This document shows positions 24,732-34,436 of a DNA stretch of 40,151 nucleotides, one piece after another. The stretch's first letter is position 1. Every line of letters starts with the position of its first letter. The position numbers and the translations under genes were made by a program. This DNA comes from a virus (taxonomy: Duplodnaviria > Caudoviricetes). The notes under the pieces are model-generated. The model made no database searches. It had not been told where the DNA came from and saw nothing but the letters and a program-made list of their open reading frames with translations. The stretch is taken from the IMG/VR virus record IMGVR_UViG_3300016476_000266, positions 1 through 40,151 of that record; one strand, written 5' to 3'.

Positions 24732-25862
24732 TCAGAAAGGAATCTCAGCATCAACCTGTTTAGTTGATTGTACAACTTCTTCGGGTTTTTGTACAGGCTC
24801 ATTAGAAATCTTGTCAAAGAGATCAATGAAAGCAGTACGCGTAACATCGTCGAATCGATTGCAGCAGAGGTCAATAGCTTTCTTCTTGTTGTTGAAGATG
24901 CTAAAGGCTCGCACAATGTGAGTCAAACGACGAGTAGTGATGAGTTCATCAACACCACCATCTTCGTATGTACGCCGAATAGCATCTGCCCACTTCACCA
25001 GAGTTTCAGCATACTCTTCATCCACACAACCATACTGGTCCATCAGATTCATGACGATCTTCTTTTCAGTAGAGGCGTTAGGATAATCTTGGTTCAAGGT
25101 CACAGCGAAGCGTTCAAGGAATGCCTCGTTCAGGATGTTCGTACCGATGTATCGACCATCGTCTGAACCCTTACCCTTAGTGTTTGCAGTGGCAAACACA
25201 TTGAAGCCGGGTGCAGGCTTGACCAGCTCGTTCTTGAGCTTGAAATAGAATGGTTTACCTTCAAGGATAGGCTGAAGACACAGCAGCGTATTTGCACCAC
25301 CTGCATCGATTTCGTCGAGCAGAAGGGTAGCACCAGTACGCATGGCGATCAACACAGGACCTTCGATGATTTCAACGTTGCCGTCGACCAGAGTCTTAGA
25401 GCCGATCAGTTGATCCTCGTCAGTCATCATGTTCAAGTTGACACGGATCAGAGGCTTGTTGTTATTAGCACAGACCTGTTCAACCATAGTCGACTTACCG
25501 TTGCCGGTAGGACCAGTGATGTACACAGGGTAGAATTGATTTGACTTGACGATCTTTTCTACGTCACGGTGATTACCGAATGCAACGTAGTTCTTGTCTT
25601 TCATAGGGATGAGCGAGTGTACGTTCACTTCTTGTACGCTTTCAGGTTCAGGTGCACTATGCACGACTTCGAGTTTGCGGTTGCCGACGCCATAGACGCC
25701 ACGACTAACCTTAACATTGGTGATCCACGTAGGCCACTTCTTGCTTTTCATAGCATCCAAGACCTGCATGATTTGTTGACGGGTAACCTGACCCGATTCG
25801 TTGATGCTCGGAAACATTTCGAACATCTTAGCCTCAAACTCAATTTGGTAGTCCTTAGACAT
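24732..25862 (-). CDS. MoxR/CobS-like AAA+ ATPase
   Basis: GPTGNGKS, DEDQLIG, LLLDEID, ATANTKGKG, NEAFLERF. Confidence 0.9.
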   Translation of the reverse strand: MSKDYQIEFEAKMFEMFPSINESGQVTRQQIMQVLDAMKSKKWPTWITNVKVSRGVYGVGNRKLEVVHSAPEPESVQEVNVHSLIPMKDKNYVAFGNHRDVEKIVKSNQFYPVYITGPTGNGKSTMVEQVCANNNKPLIRVNLNMMTDEDQLIGSKTLVDGNVEIIEGPVLIAMRTGATLLLDEIDAGGANTLLCLQPILEGKPFYFKLKNELVKPAPGFNVFATANTKGKGSDDGRYIGTNILNEAFLERFAVTLNQDYPNASTEKKIVMNLMDQYGCVDEEYAETLVKWADAIRRTYEDGGVDELITTRRLTHIVRAFSIFNNKKKAIDLCCNRFDDVTRTAFIDLFDKISNEPVQKPEEVVQSTKQVDAEIPF

Positions 25863-25889
25863 AGTCACCTTTCTTCATGATATAGTAGT

Positions 25890-25918
25890 ATTGTATCACA
25901 GATACGATTATTTGTACA
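25890..25918 (-). promoter_or_regulatory. Promoter TGTACA-N17-TACAAT
   Basis: Intergenic; matches the shared motif. Confidence 0.7.
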
Positions 25919-25940
25919 ATCGTATCTGAATACTTTTTGA

Positions 25941-28046
25941 TTACGCCACGTGGCCAATAAAGCGATCCAGAAGAACTCGAGAGCGCTTGGATGTAGAGAA
26001 CATCTTGGACAGCCGGCGTGCGATGTCTCCAGCCGTTTGGGAACCACTGATCTCCAAGCCTTGAACATCGTCACTTACAATCTTGCTGTTGTCAGGAATA
26101 ACGAACAATTCATCGCGACCGGTGTTCAGGATTGAGAAGAACCCGTTGGAGTTCATCTTACGGCGAGCGTCGGAAAGTTCTGGGACAGAAGCATTACGGC
26201 CAAAGTGACTACGATATGCGGCATTGTAAGCAGATTCACGACGAGCAGTGATATAGAAACCAAGTGTTGTGACATCATAACGATCCTTCATAATTTTCAA
26301 TAGGTTTTCAGTACAACCAGCAGAACCAGAATTAAATTCATACGACTTGCCGGTGATCTTGTCGTTGTACAGATAGTGATAGCTAACGTACTTGCCGCCT
26401 TCGTACTTACGAGAATCCATGTGACGGCTACCACTAATCTTAAGCGGACTACCTTCACCATCAGTAAGCGTAATGAACGTCAACTTTTCAATGTTGTTTG
26501 TGTTCTTGTACTTAGGAATGAAGTCCAGCATATACAGAAGAGCTTCGTTCAATGGAGTACCACCAAGACTATAGCCATCAGCACCGATCATGAATCGATT
26601 CGTATCGTACAAACGACGAGTCATAGTCTTGAACTCACTGTTAGTCATACGAGAAGAAAACAGGTTCAACAGACGGAAGTAACTTGAACCATAAACAATG
26701 TCTTTATTAGCTTCCATAGAAACGGAATTGATCAGGTTACGGTGCTTTGCAAGTGCAAGAACGTCAGTGTCATCGTACTGATCGCTAAAAGCATACACCT
26801 CAAACGGAAGGTTGATTCGACGACAGAACATAGTCAAGTTGATAACCTGTTCAATCATAGGTTGAACTGCATTAGTCATAGAACCAGACCAATCAAGCAG
26901 GAAGATCATACCGTGGTTCTTACCATCAGCGATGGTAGTAACACGACGGAAGATGTCATCCTTAAGCTTGTAAGCATACAACTTCTTTGCATCGAGTGAA
27001 CCAGTCTTAGAAGTTTGAGCACGCTTGTATGCCGTAGCAGACTTACGCATTTCAAATTCTTTGACCAAGTAACTCACCATACGCTCAGAGCTTTGCATAA
27101 ACTTATTGTATGATTCCAAGGACTTTTGTTTAGATGGCATGAAATTATTGTCATCAAGCTTCTTCGTTTGACCAAGAACAGTCTTAAAATCAATCACAGG
27201 ATCGATGTTGAGTTCTTCTTGAAGAACAATGTTCTTATACACACTGGACGTGTCGGCAACAGCAGCAAGCTTGCTTTCAAGTTCAGTAGCAGTACTAATC
27301 TCAGGAGGAGTATCTTTATCTGTAGGAGCCTCAGAAGTGCTAGGAGCCTTTGTTTTCACCATCGCGTCTTCGTTTTCTTCAAACTCACCATATTCAAAGG
27401 CATCCTCTGCGTCTTCAAATTCTTGATCTTCAGAGGTAGAGAACAACAGGTCTTCCAAGCTGAGTCCATCCATAAGACCATTCTGCGTGTTTTTCTTACA
27501 GAACTCATAGAGTTCCTTAGTAACAGCAATGACCTCATCGAACGTTTCAACATCAGCAATCTTGTTGACGTACTTCTTTTCGTCGGAAAGAAACTTGATG
27601 TTGAGATTGCCGGTCTTGAAATAGATGTTGAGACGGTCGGCAAACATCATGGAGTTAGGATCACGGCCATTCATGCCAAAGAAGTCACGTTCAACCAGTT
27701 CTTTGTAGCCTTGAACAAAGGACTTACGAAGACCAGGATAACGACGCTTCATAAGCTTTTCGATACGAGCATCCTCAACAAGGTTCAGGTATTGCTTGAA
27801 GATACGAGCTTCGCTTTCAGGCATATCATCGATAGCCTTGAGCCATGCGGTAGGACTAGTGTACAGAGCGTGGCCAACCTCGTGACCGATAAGCATCGAT
27901 TCAAGGTCGTTGGACATAGTCTTCCACATAGGAAGCGAAAGAACCCGACCAGTCACGTCGAACGAAGCGGTGCTTTCGTTGGTTCGTACGACTGTCAGGT
28001 TCTCGTTTGCTAGAAGCTTGGCTGTTAGATCGCTAGTGTTTTGCAT
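25941..28046 (-). CDS. Metallopeptidase-VWA (CobT-like) protein
   Basis: GHEVGHALY (HExxH), NLVEDARIE, MIDAS LLDWSGSM, GGTPL, LTDGE. Confidence 0.88.
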   Translation of the reverse strand: MQNTSDLTAKLLANENLTVVRTNESTASFDVTGRVLSLPMWKTMSNDLESMLIGHEVGHALYTSPTAWLKAIDDMPESEARIFKQYLNLVEDARIEKLMKRRYPGLRKSFVQGYKELVERDFFGMNGRDPNSMMFADRLNIYFKTGNLNIKFLSDEKKYVNKIADVETFDEVIAVTKELYEFCKKNTQNGLMDGLSLEDLLFSTSEDQEFEDAEDAFEYGEFEENEDAMVKTKAPSTSEAPTDKDTPPEISTATELESKLAAVADTSSVYKNIVLQEELNIDPVIDFKTVLGQTKKLDDNNFMPSKQKSLESYNKFMQSSERMVSYLVKEFEMRKSATAYKRAQTSKTGSLDAKKLYAYKLKDDIFRRVTTIADGKNHGMIFLLDWSGSMTNAVQPMIEQVINLTMFCRRINLPFEVYAFSDQYDDTDVLALAKHRNLINSVSMEANKDIVYGSSYFRLLNLFSSRMTNSEFKTMTRRLYDTNRFMIGADGYSLGGTPLNEALLYMLDFIPKYKNTNNIEKLTFITLTDGEGSPLKISGSRHMDSRKYEGGKYVSYHYLYNDKITGKSYEFNSGSAGCTENLLKIMKDRYDVTTLGFYITARRESAYNAAYRSHFGRNASVPELSDARRKMNSNGFFSILNTGRDELFVIPDNSKIVSDDVQGLEISGSQTAGDIARRLSKMFSTSKRSRVLLDRFIGHVA

Positions 28047-28071
28047 GGTGTTTATCCAGTTTGTAGGATAG

Positions 28072-28100
28072 ATTGTACACCATCTTCTAATTATTGTACA
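28072..28100 (-). promoter_or_regulatory. Promoter TGTACA-N17-TACAAT
   Basis: Intergenic with A-rich UP region; GTGTACAAT occurs twice. Confidence 0.7.
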
Positions 28101-28120
28101 CTACTATTTTTTGAATACTT

Positions 28121-29836
28121 TTATACTATAACGGAGAAGTCGTTCTTCTTTTCTACGCGTAGAACGCTGTGGAACTTGTCAAAGAGCATATCTCCTTTAT
28201 GGCTAATCACAAAGATGTTTGTGTCAAGACCAAACTGATCGAGCATCGACATGAATGCTTCTGTTCCAGATGTATCCAAAGAAGAGTCCATGATCTCATC
28301 AAAGATTAGAAGATTAGTATTGACCGAGTTCTTCATCTTGGCGATCTGTCTCCATGTAAACAGGATTGCCAGATCGATACGTTGCTTTTCACCTTCACTG
28401 AAGGATGCGTATGTAAACTCATCACGAAAGCGAGACTTGATAACCTCGTTGAAAGATTCGTCGAGCTCAAAGTGGATGTATGAATCCATTACGTTCAGGT
28501 ACTTATTGATGAGCTTATTCATCACAGGAAGGTACTCACGAATGATCGCGGTCTTGATACCAGTATCTTTTAGAAGTAAAGATGAAACCTCATGTACCTG
28601 CTTCTCAGAATACAGTTGAGTCTTTCTTTCGATTAGAAGTACTGCCTCATCGGCGATCTCCTTGAGCTTTAGCTTTTCCGTATCGATGTTTGAAGTATCA
28701 TTAGAAGTAGATGCGATGTCCTGCTGTAGGCCTACGTTCTGACGAGCCAGAAGAGCGTTGGCATTCAATATAGAATTACACTGAGCGTTTAACATAGTGA
28801 TTTCTCTATTGATTGTAGCGAGTTCTTTTTGACGTTCAATCAACTTGTTGTAGGCGTCTTCAATCGTGTTGATGTTTTCAACTACTTCAGTTTGTTCAGT
28901 AGCGATCTTAGTGATGACACTTTCCTTGTGTTCATGTGGAATACCCTGAGAACACGATGGACAGGTCTCATTCATCAGAAAGAAGCTCATCACCTCGTCC
29001 TGTTGTTCCTTCTTGGTCAGAAGCTTTTGATGTGCTCTGTTAGCCTTCTGGATAAGGGTTTCTACATCATCAAACTTGCTAGCGCTCTCCATAAGTCTGG
29101 AGATTTTTTCCGATATTTCTGCTTGCTTAACATTGTTAGCCTCGATCTCTGATTGGTTTTCTTGTAGTCGACGCTCAATCTGTGCCACCTGGTCCCTTTT
29201 AGAACTAACCAGTGTCCCAATGAGTTTCTTCTGAACCTCAACAGATCGTTTTGCGATGTCGATTTTAGTTTCGATGTCCGAAAGTAGATCTCGGTTCTCA
29301 TTGATTCTATCCTTTAGAATTTGATTCATAACAGAGAAGATGCGGATGTCAAGAATATCTTCAATGACATCACGTCGCTGTGCTGCAGGTAGTTGCATAA
29401 ATGGAACGAACGATGCAGCACCAAGGATAACAACCTGTGTAAAGGTCTTATAGTTCAGGCGTAGGATCTGCTGCTCAAGTACCTTCTGATAGTCCTTTAC
29501 AGCGGCGTCCTGATTAAGCATGACGTTGTCACACCAGATCTCAAAGATGTTTGGCTTCATACCACGCACGACCTTATACTCCTTTGGTCCAATGGAGAAC
29601 TCAATTTCGACTAGGAGTTGCTTTCCGTTGATGGAATTGATCAGTTGTGGTTTGTTGATGTTACGGAAAGGCTTACCAAATAGTACATAACAAAGGGCAT
29701 CGAGCATCGTACTCTTGCCTTCACCGTTCTTACCAATCACCAGAGTGCTATGGGACTTATTCAGCAGGATGGTGTTGACTGAGTTACCGGTTGATAGAAA
29801 GTTTTTGTACGATATCTTTTTAAAGGTTATTCTCAT
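28121..29836 (-). CDS. gp46: Recombination nuclease ATPase subunit (Rad50/SbcC-like)
   Basis: GKNGEGKST, CPSCSQ zinc hook, FSEGEKQRIDL, IFDEIMD. Confidence 0.96.
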   Translation of the reverse strand: MRITFKKISYKNFLSTGNSVNTILLNKSHSTLVIGKNGEGKSTMLDALCYVLFGKPFRNINKPQLINSINGKQLLVEIEFSIGPKEYKVVRGMKPNIFEIWCDNVMLNQDAAVKDYQKVLEQQILRLNYKTFTQVVILGAASFVPFMQLPAAQRRDVIEDILDIRIFSVMNQILKDRINENRDLLSDIETKIDIAKRSVEVQKKLIGTLVSSKRDQVAQIERRLQENQSEIEANNVKQAEISEKISRLMESASKFDDVETLIQKANRAHQKLLTKKEQQDEVMSFFLMNETCPSCSQGIPHEHKESVITKIATEQTEVVENINTIEDAYNKLIERQKELATINREITMLNAQCNSILNANALLARQNVGLQQDIASTSNDTSNIDTEKLKLKEIADEAVLLIERKTQLYSEKQVHEVSSLLLKDTGIKTAIIREYLPVMNKLINKYLNVMDSYIHFELDESFNEVIKSRFRDEFTYASFSEGEKQRIDLAILFTWRQIAKMKNSVNTNLLIFDEIMDSSLDTSGTEAFMSMLDQFGLDTNIFVISHKGDMLFDKFHSVLRVEKKNDFSVIV

Positions 29837-30434
29837 AATTTCTCATTAGATTTTGTTTCCATGGAAGCATTCTTAAATTATCTAGTGATGAAGCTTCTTC
29901 TGCAGACAACCCCCTTTCAAAGCATTCTTTAATTGGAATTATATGATCTAGTTGCCAACCGCCTTCTACTCCACAAATAGTCCTTGGATGACGTTGTGGA
30001 TTTATAATATCAATGTTTTCTTTATAAACTTTAGAAGTTAGTCTATGAACTCTGTTTGCGTATCTTTTGTATTCTTTAATATTTGGATTTTTAATAGCAC
30101 CGCGCATTTTTTCATATAAGGCAGAACGATCAATTGATCTCATTTTTTCTCTAAAGTCTTTATTTTTAAAAACACATTTTTTAGAACAGTACTTATTGAT
30201 TTCAAAAGATTTTTGTGAATGATAAACGCTTTTTCCACATTCCGGACATGGCTTGTATATCCCTTTTCGTTCCGGGCCTTGCCCGGGCTTTAGACCAGAT
30301 GGTATTTTAATACCTAGTTTTTTTCTAACTCTTGATAGTGTTGCAGTGCTTATATTTAATATAATGCATACATCAGCACCTCTTAAAGTTGGATCTGACA
30401 TTATTCTTATTTCTTCTTCAGTGTATGTACGCAT
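29820..30434 (-). mobile_element. Free-standing HNH homing endonuclease between gp47 and gp46
   Basis: N-terminal HTH, CPEC/YCSKKC, LDHIIPI...NLRMLPWKQN; AT-rich; own late promoter. Confidence 0.85.
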
Positions 30435-30461
30435 AGTTACCTCCATTAACTATTTATACAT
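30425..30461 (-). promoter_or_regulatory. Late promoter TATAAATA (30451-30458) in an RBS/AUG-sequestering hairpin
   Basis: ATGTA/TACAT and ATAGTTA/TAACTAT stems, loop ATGGAGG. Confidence 0.8.
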
Positions 30462-30497
30462 TCTGATCTCTTTAGCATATCTTTTTGAATACGATCA

Positions 30498-31553
30498 TTA
30501 AGTAACCTCGATATTAATAGCCTCTGTGTAGAGATTTTTCATGTATGTCTTGATCTTGTCTTTATCAACTTCCGTCTGTAGGTTATCAATATAGTTCGAT
30601 AGAATACTTAGGGTATCCTCAAGATCAATGTCAGAGTCGATGGTGCTGGACTCAGCGTCTGACATGTTCTCTGCTATTTTAATATCATTAGCACCTTTTG
30701 TATATAGCTTGTTGACGAATTTGTCAAACTTATAGTAGTCAGTCTTGTTAACGACAACGAGCTTTAAGAAGCAATCCTTTAGATCAAGTGCATCAAGTTC
30801 AACCGGATCTTTTTCTTTATCATCATATTCCAGACGTACGAAAATTGTATGAGGATTAGGTACAAAACTGAGGGAGCGATCAGAAAGGTCAAAAATATGA
30901 AAACCCTTTGTGTCGGCGTAATCCTGCCATGTAAGTTCGTAAGGAGTTCCGAGATATGTAATATTACCCTTAGTAGACCTGTGATGATAGTGACCGGAGT
31001 AAACAATATCAAACTTAGAAAAAGAATCGGGGGAGAGACCGCCTTCACTAGGATGACCGCGATACATTTCGAAGCCTGCAATCTCAAAGTGACCCATGCA
31101 GATCTCGGCTTTAGTCGTGTTGATTTCATTGAATGTTTGTACGTAGTTTTCGGCACATATCCAAGGAACCATACAGATCTTAGTACCATCTAGTTCAATC
31201 GTTTCAGCGTTGACTATAGGATACAGGTTATCGTATTCTGGTAAAAGAAGTTGAATGGTATTCACTTCGTTCGTATTCTTATAGAACGTATCGTGATTGC
31301 CGATTAGAATATAAGTCTTAATGTTTCTTTTCTTTAGTTCATCAAAGTAGATCTCTTTGGCTGCTTTGATCGTAGCGTGATTAGTGTACTTACGGCGATC
31401 AAATGTATCACCAAGCATTAAGACGGTATCGATACCTTGGCGTTCCAGTTCTGGAAAGAACACACCGTGATAGAACTTTTTGTAGAACTCAACAAACACC
31501 TGAGAGTCGTTACGAGCTCCCCAGTGAACATCAGTAATAATAGCAACCTTCAT
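30498..31553 (-). CDS. gp47: Recombination endonuclease subunit (Mre11/SbcD-like)
   Basis: ITDVHWG, LGDTFDRRK, IGNHD, MGHFEI, SGHYH. Confidence 0.96.
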   Translation of the reverse strand: MKVAIITDVHWGARNDSQVFVEFYKKFYHGVFFPELERQGIDTVLMLGDTFDRRKYTNHATIKAAKEIYFDELKKRNIKTYILIGNHDTFYKNTNEVNTIQLLLPEYDNLYPIVNAETIELDGTKICMVPWICAENYVQTFNEINTTKAEICMGHFEIAGFEMYRGHPSEGGLSPDSFSKFDIVYSGHYHHRSTKGNITYLGTPYELTWQDYADTKGFHIFDLSDRSLSFVPNPHTIFVRLEYDDKEKDPVELDALDLKDCFLKLVVVNKTDYYKFDKFVNKLYTKGANDIKIAENMSDAESSTIDSDIDLEDTLSILSNYIDNLQTEVDKDKIKTYMKNLYTEAINIEVT

Positions 31554-31759
31554 TTAACTTCCCATGCCCAATGGACAACAGTCCAATCATAGATACAGTC
31601 TTCTTTAGTATAGTTAGAGTCGACCACTTCTTTACCAAATTTTTTGCACATTCTATCGTACCAATGGTTCCAGTACTGTGCAATAATGTCATCATCAGTT
31701 AAGATTTCTATTACTGGATTATCGTATTCATCGGGGTAAGCGATTTTCCAGCGTCTCAT
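31550..31759 (-). CDS. Small hypothetical protein
   Basis: MRRWKIAYPD...YWNHWY..M...CIYDW.VVHWAW; ATGA-coupled to gp47. Confidence 0.7.
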   Translation of the reverse strand: MRRWKIAYPDEYDNPVIEILTDDDIIAQYWNHWYDRMCKKFGKEVVDSNYTKEDCIYDWTVVHWAWEVK

Positions 31760-31913
31760 TCTGTCTTTTCTTTCTTTGGATATACGTAACCATACTGTTG
31801 GTATAACCACATGATGAACTTCTCGATCTCCGCTGCCTGAAAGTCTCGGTGTAGTCTACCTTGGTTATAGACGTCCATTGCAAGACGTACACGTTCAAGC
31901 CAATCTCTATCAC
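31728..31913 (-). CDS. Possible small hypothetical protein
   Basis: GTGA overlap with the gp55 stop; fills the gap, but composition is unconvincing. Confidence 0.35.
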   Translation of the reverse strand: MIEIGLNVYVLQWTSITKVDYTETFRQRRSRSSSCGYTNSMVTYIQRKKRQNETLENRLPR

Positions 31914-32491
31914 TCATCATCTTCCTCCAGGTTCAGTACGATGTTCTCCACATCGGGTTCAATGGTTTCATCTATAAAGACTTCCAGTGATTGCTTCTCA
32001 ACCTTTTTCTTTTCCTTTTTCTTTACGAAGGAGTCATCAAAGTTAGAGTGGGATTGAATGAAGGCTGTATAAGCATTCTTGAAGTCTGCGTCGTCATCAT
32101 GATCCTGTAGTTCAAAAGAATCAAAGGCCATCTCTTGGATGAGCTTACCTCTAATGTAGGACTGCTTCTTCTCCTTTGCGATTCGACGGAGGAAGGCAAA
32201 GTAGATGACTTGAGTAAAGTAGGAGAATGGATTTGACGATTTGTCAGGATCAAAACTAGTAATACACTGCATACAATTCTCAATACCATCGAGAATCATA
32301 TCGTCTCTATACGAGTAGTTAATAAAGTTATGTTTGTGGGATAGTCTATTGGCAATCTTGAGGATACACTCGCCGATGTACTCGGGAATTCTAGGAGGTT
32401 CAGTACCTTCCTCTTTTGCCTTAGAGATATCCGCTCTGTATTGTTTGATTGCCGCCAACATCTCGGCATTGTTTACATAGTGAGTAGCCAT
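31910..32491 (-). CDS. gp55: Late-transcription sigma factor
   Basis: HYVNN, IPEYIGEC, NFINYSYRDDMILDGIENC, NPFSYFTQ...AFLRRI.KEKKQ. Confidence 0.96.
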   Translation of the reverse strand: MATHYVNNAEMLAAIKQYRADISKAKEEGTEPPRIPEYIGECILKIANRLSHKHNFINYSYRDDMILDGIENCMQCITSFDPDKSSNPFSYFTQVIYFAFLRRIAKEKKQSYIRGKLIQEMAFDSFELQDHDDDADFKNAYTAFIQSHSNFDDSFVKKKEKKKVEKQSLEVFIDETIEPDVENIVLNLEEDDE

Positions 32492-32512
32492 AAAATCTCC
32501 ATAGTTGGATTG

Positions 32513-32541
32513 ATTTTATACTCAATTGACAATAAAGTACA
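32513..32541 (-). promoter_or_regulatory. gp55 promoter TGTACT-N17-TAAAAT
   Basis: Variant of the shared motif, upstream of a GGAG SD. Confidence 0.6.
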
Positions 32542-32566
32542 ATCTAAAAAGAATTACTAATTTGAT

Positions 32567-32596
32567 TGTACAATATTCTTCTGTTGATGGTATAAT
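32567..32596 (+). promoter_or_regulatory. Antisense-oriented promoter TGTACA-N18-TATAAT
   Basis: TG-extended perfect -10; back-to-back with the gp55 promoter. Confidence 0.6.
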
Positions 32597-32614
32597 GTAT
32601 CTCTGAGGAACAAC

Positions 32615-32962
32615 TTATTGTAACATGTCTGTTGGTGGAACTAAGTTACTCAAGTTATCTTGTACTGGTTGCTGGTTGTCATTATTAAATTCTTGTACCA
32701 ATTGACGATATTGATCAACCATCTTTGGGTGTAAAGGCTTTAAGAAGACAATGTGTCTGGCATCAAAGTGGAAGGTATCCTCGGCAGTAAAGATACAGTA
32801 GGGAGAAGTAACTGTCTTCTCAATAGTAGAAGCACCCTGCTGAACGTGAACTACACTGAGTAGGATAGGATCCTTGATCATGATTGCATCTGTTCCTATA
32901 CCTTTATACTCGCCCATAAGCATATCACCATTGGTAAGTTTTAACACCACTTCATTGCTCAA
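32615..32962 (-). CDS. Sm-like hypothetical protein upstream of gp55
   Basis: TTG start after GGAGG; VLKLTNGD.LMG...IKDP pattern. Confidence 0.65.
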   Translation of the reverse strand: MSNEVVLKLTNGDMLMGEYKGIGTDAIMIKDPILLSVVHVQQGASTIEKTVTSPYCIFTAEDTFHFDARHIVFLKPLHPKMVDQYRQLVQEFNNDNQQPVQDNLSNLVPPTDMLQ

Positions 32963-34436
32963 GATCAACCTCCAACAACTTGATTGAAAACTGCTCTTCT
33001 GTATACGTTTTGATACGTTCCTGAAGATGCTGTAGAGTATGATTCTTCCAAGACTTCCAGTGTAGATCGTCTGCAATGTCAAACAGGTTGCAGTACTCCT
33101 TACCTTGCCTTAGTCTCAAACCTCTACCAATCGACTGAAGGTTACGAATCTTTGACTTGCTTGGAGAAGCAAAGATAACGTTCTCAATCGATGGTATATT
33201 TATCCCTGTAGAGAATACACCGTAGGATGCGATGATGATAGCGTCGTTCTCCTTGTCAGTCAGAGCTCTAGCCTTTTCTCTAACCTCTACGTCCGTTGCA
33301 CCGTAGATGAGGAACACTTTACGAGTATCACCGACCTTAGCCTTGATCATATCGTACAATGGTATACCATGCTTGTGTACATATTGGAACAACACCAGAG
33401 TGTTTCCAGTACAACTTATAGACAGATTGCGAATGAACTTGTTTCGCTTGTCGTTTGTTACAAGGAAGTCCATTTCGTCCTGATAAGAATTCTTTTTACG
33501 AAGTTGACGAGTGATATCATCGTACTTTAGAATGATACACTTGATTCGCAGGTTTGCTACCTGCTTCTTATCCATCAGTTCCTTGGTTGTGATCACCTTG
33601 TAGACTGAGCCAAACATGCCTTCTAGAACAAGTTTATGCACCTTCTTACCGTCGATCGTACCTGTTGTACCTATACGGTACTCAACGTAAGTCATCTTCT
33701 CCATGACGTCTGACAGGCTCTTTGCCTTGAACTGGTGAGCTTCGTCACCGAAGATAACGTCAAACTGTTCGAACCATGCACGAGGTTGCTTATAGATCGA
33801 CTGCCATGTAGTGATCAACACGTCTGACTGGAAGTCCTTTGAGAATCCAGAGTATAACTTCTGACAGTGACGTGAAGTCTTCCATCCGTTCGCAGACGAG
33901 TAGTCCTCGAAGTCTGAGTACATCTGCTCGACTAGAGAGGTTGTAGGAACGATTAGGATACACTTCTTACCTTGCTCAAGAAGGTATCTCATTGAAGTGT
34001 AGATGATCAGGGACTTACCTGACGCTGTAGGAGATAGGAGTAGTGTACGCTTATCACTCAGTGCTTTGTGTACTGCATCTAACTGATAGTCACGAATCTC
34101 AATTGGTTCACCTCTTCCATGTAGGTTCAACCATTCGGCGTACTCTTTTACTTCTTCTATTGTGATAGGATCCTTATTGGATACCTGATTGACGTACTTG
34201 ACTTCGTAGTTGTTTCGATCTGCAAAGGCAAGAAGATAGTCGAGAAGACCAACGTACAACGTCTTACGGTGTAGATCATATAGTCTAATCTTACCGTCCC
34301 AGATCTTAGCCTTATACGCAGGAGTAAACTTAGCTCCTGGTACTTCAAAGGTAAAGTATTCTGATAGTTCTTGGGCTATACCTTGTTCGGTATAAACTCT
34401 TAGATGTACTTCGTTGATCTTCTCAATTGATATCAT
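32952..34436 (-). CDS. uvsW: SF2 DNA helicase
   Basis: SPTASGKS, GDEAH, GTTGT, LQSIGRGLR. Confidence 0.96.
   Translation of the reverse strand: MISIEKINEVHLRVYTEQGIAQELSEYFTFEVPGAKFTPAYKAKIWDGKIRLYDLHRKTLYVGLLDYLLAFADRNNYEVKYVNQVSNKDPITIEEVKEYAEWLNLHGRGEPIEIRDYQLDAVHKALSDKRTLLLSPTASGKSLIIYTSMRYLLEQGKKCILIVPTTSLVEQMYSDFEDYSSANGWKTSRHCQKLYSGFSKDFQSDVLITTWQSIYKQPRAWFEQFDVIFGDEAHQFKAKSLSDVMEKMTYVEYRIGTTGTIDGKKVHKLVLEGMFGSVYKVITTKELMDKKQVANLRIKCIILKYDDITRQLRKKNSYQDEMDFLVTNDKRNKFIRNLSISCTGNTLVLFQYVHKHGIPLYDMIKAKVGDTRKVFLIYGATDVEVREKARALTDKENDAIIIASYGVFSTGINIPSIENVIFASPSKSKIRNLQSIGRGLRLRQGKEYCNLFDIADDLHWKSWKNHTLQHLQERIKTYTEEQFSIKLLEVDLEQ

Noticed and set aside
24732-28046. Cobalamin biosynthesis (cobS/cobT) annotation
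   Set aside because: No cobN or other cob genes here, and the peptidase fusion fits a generic phage MoxR-VWA pair.
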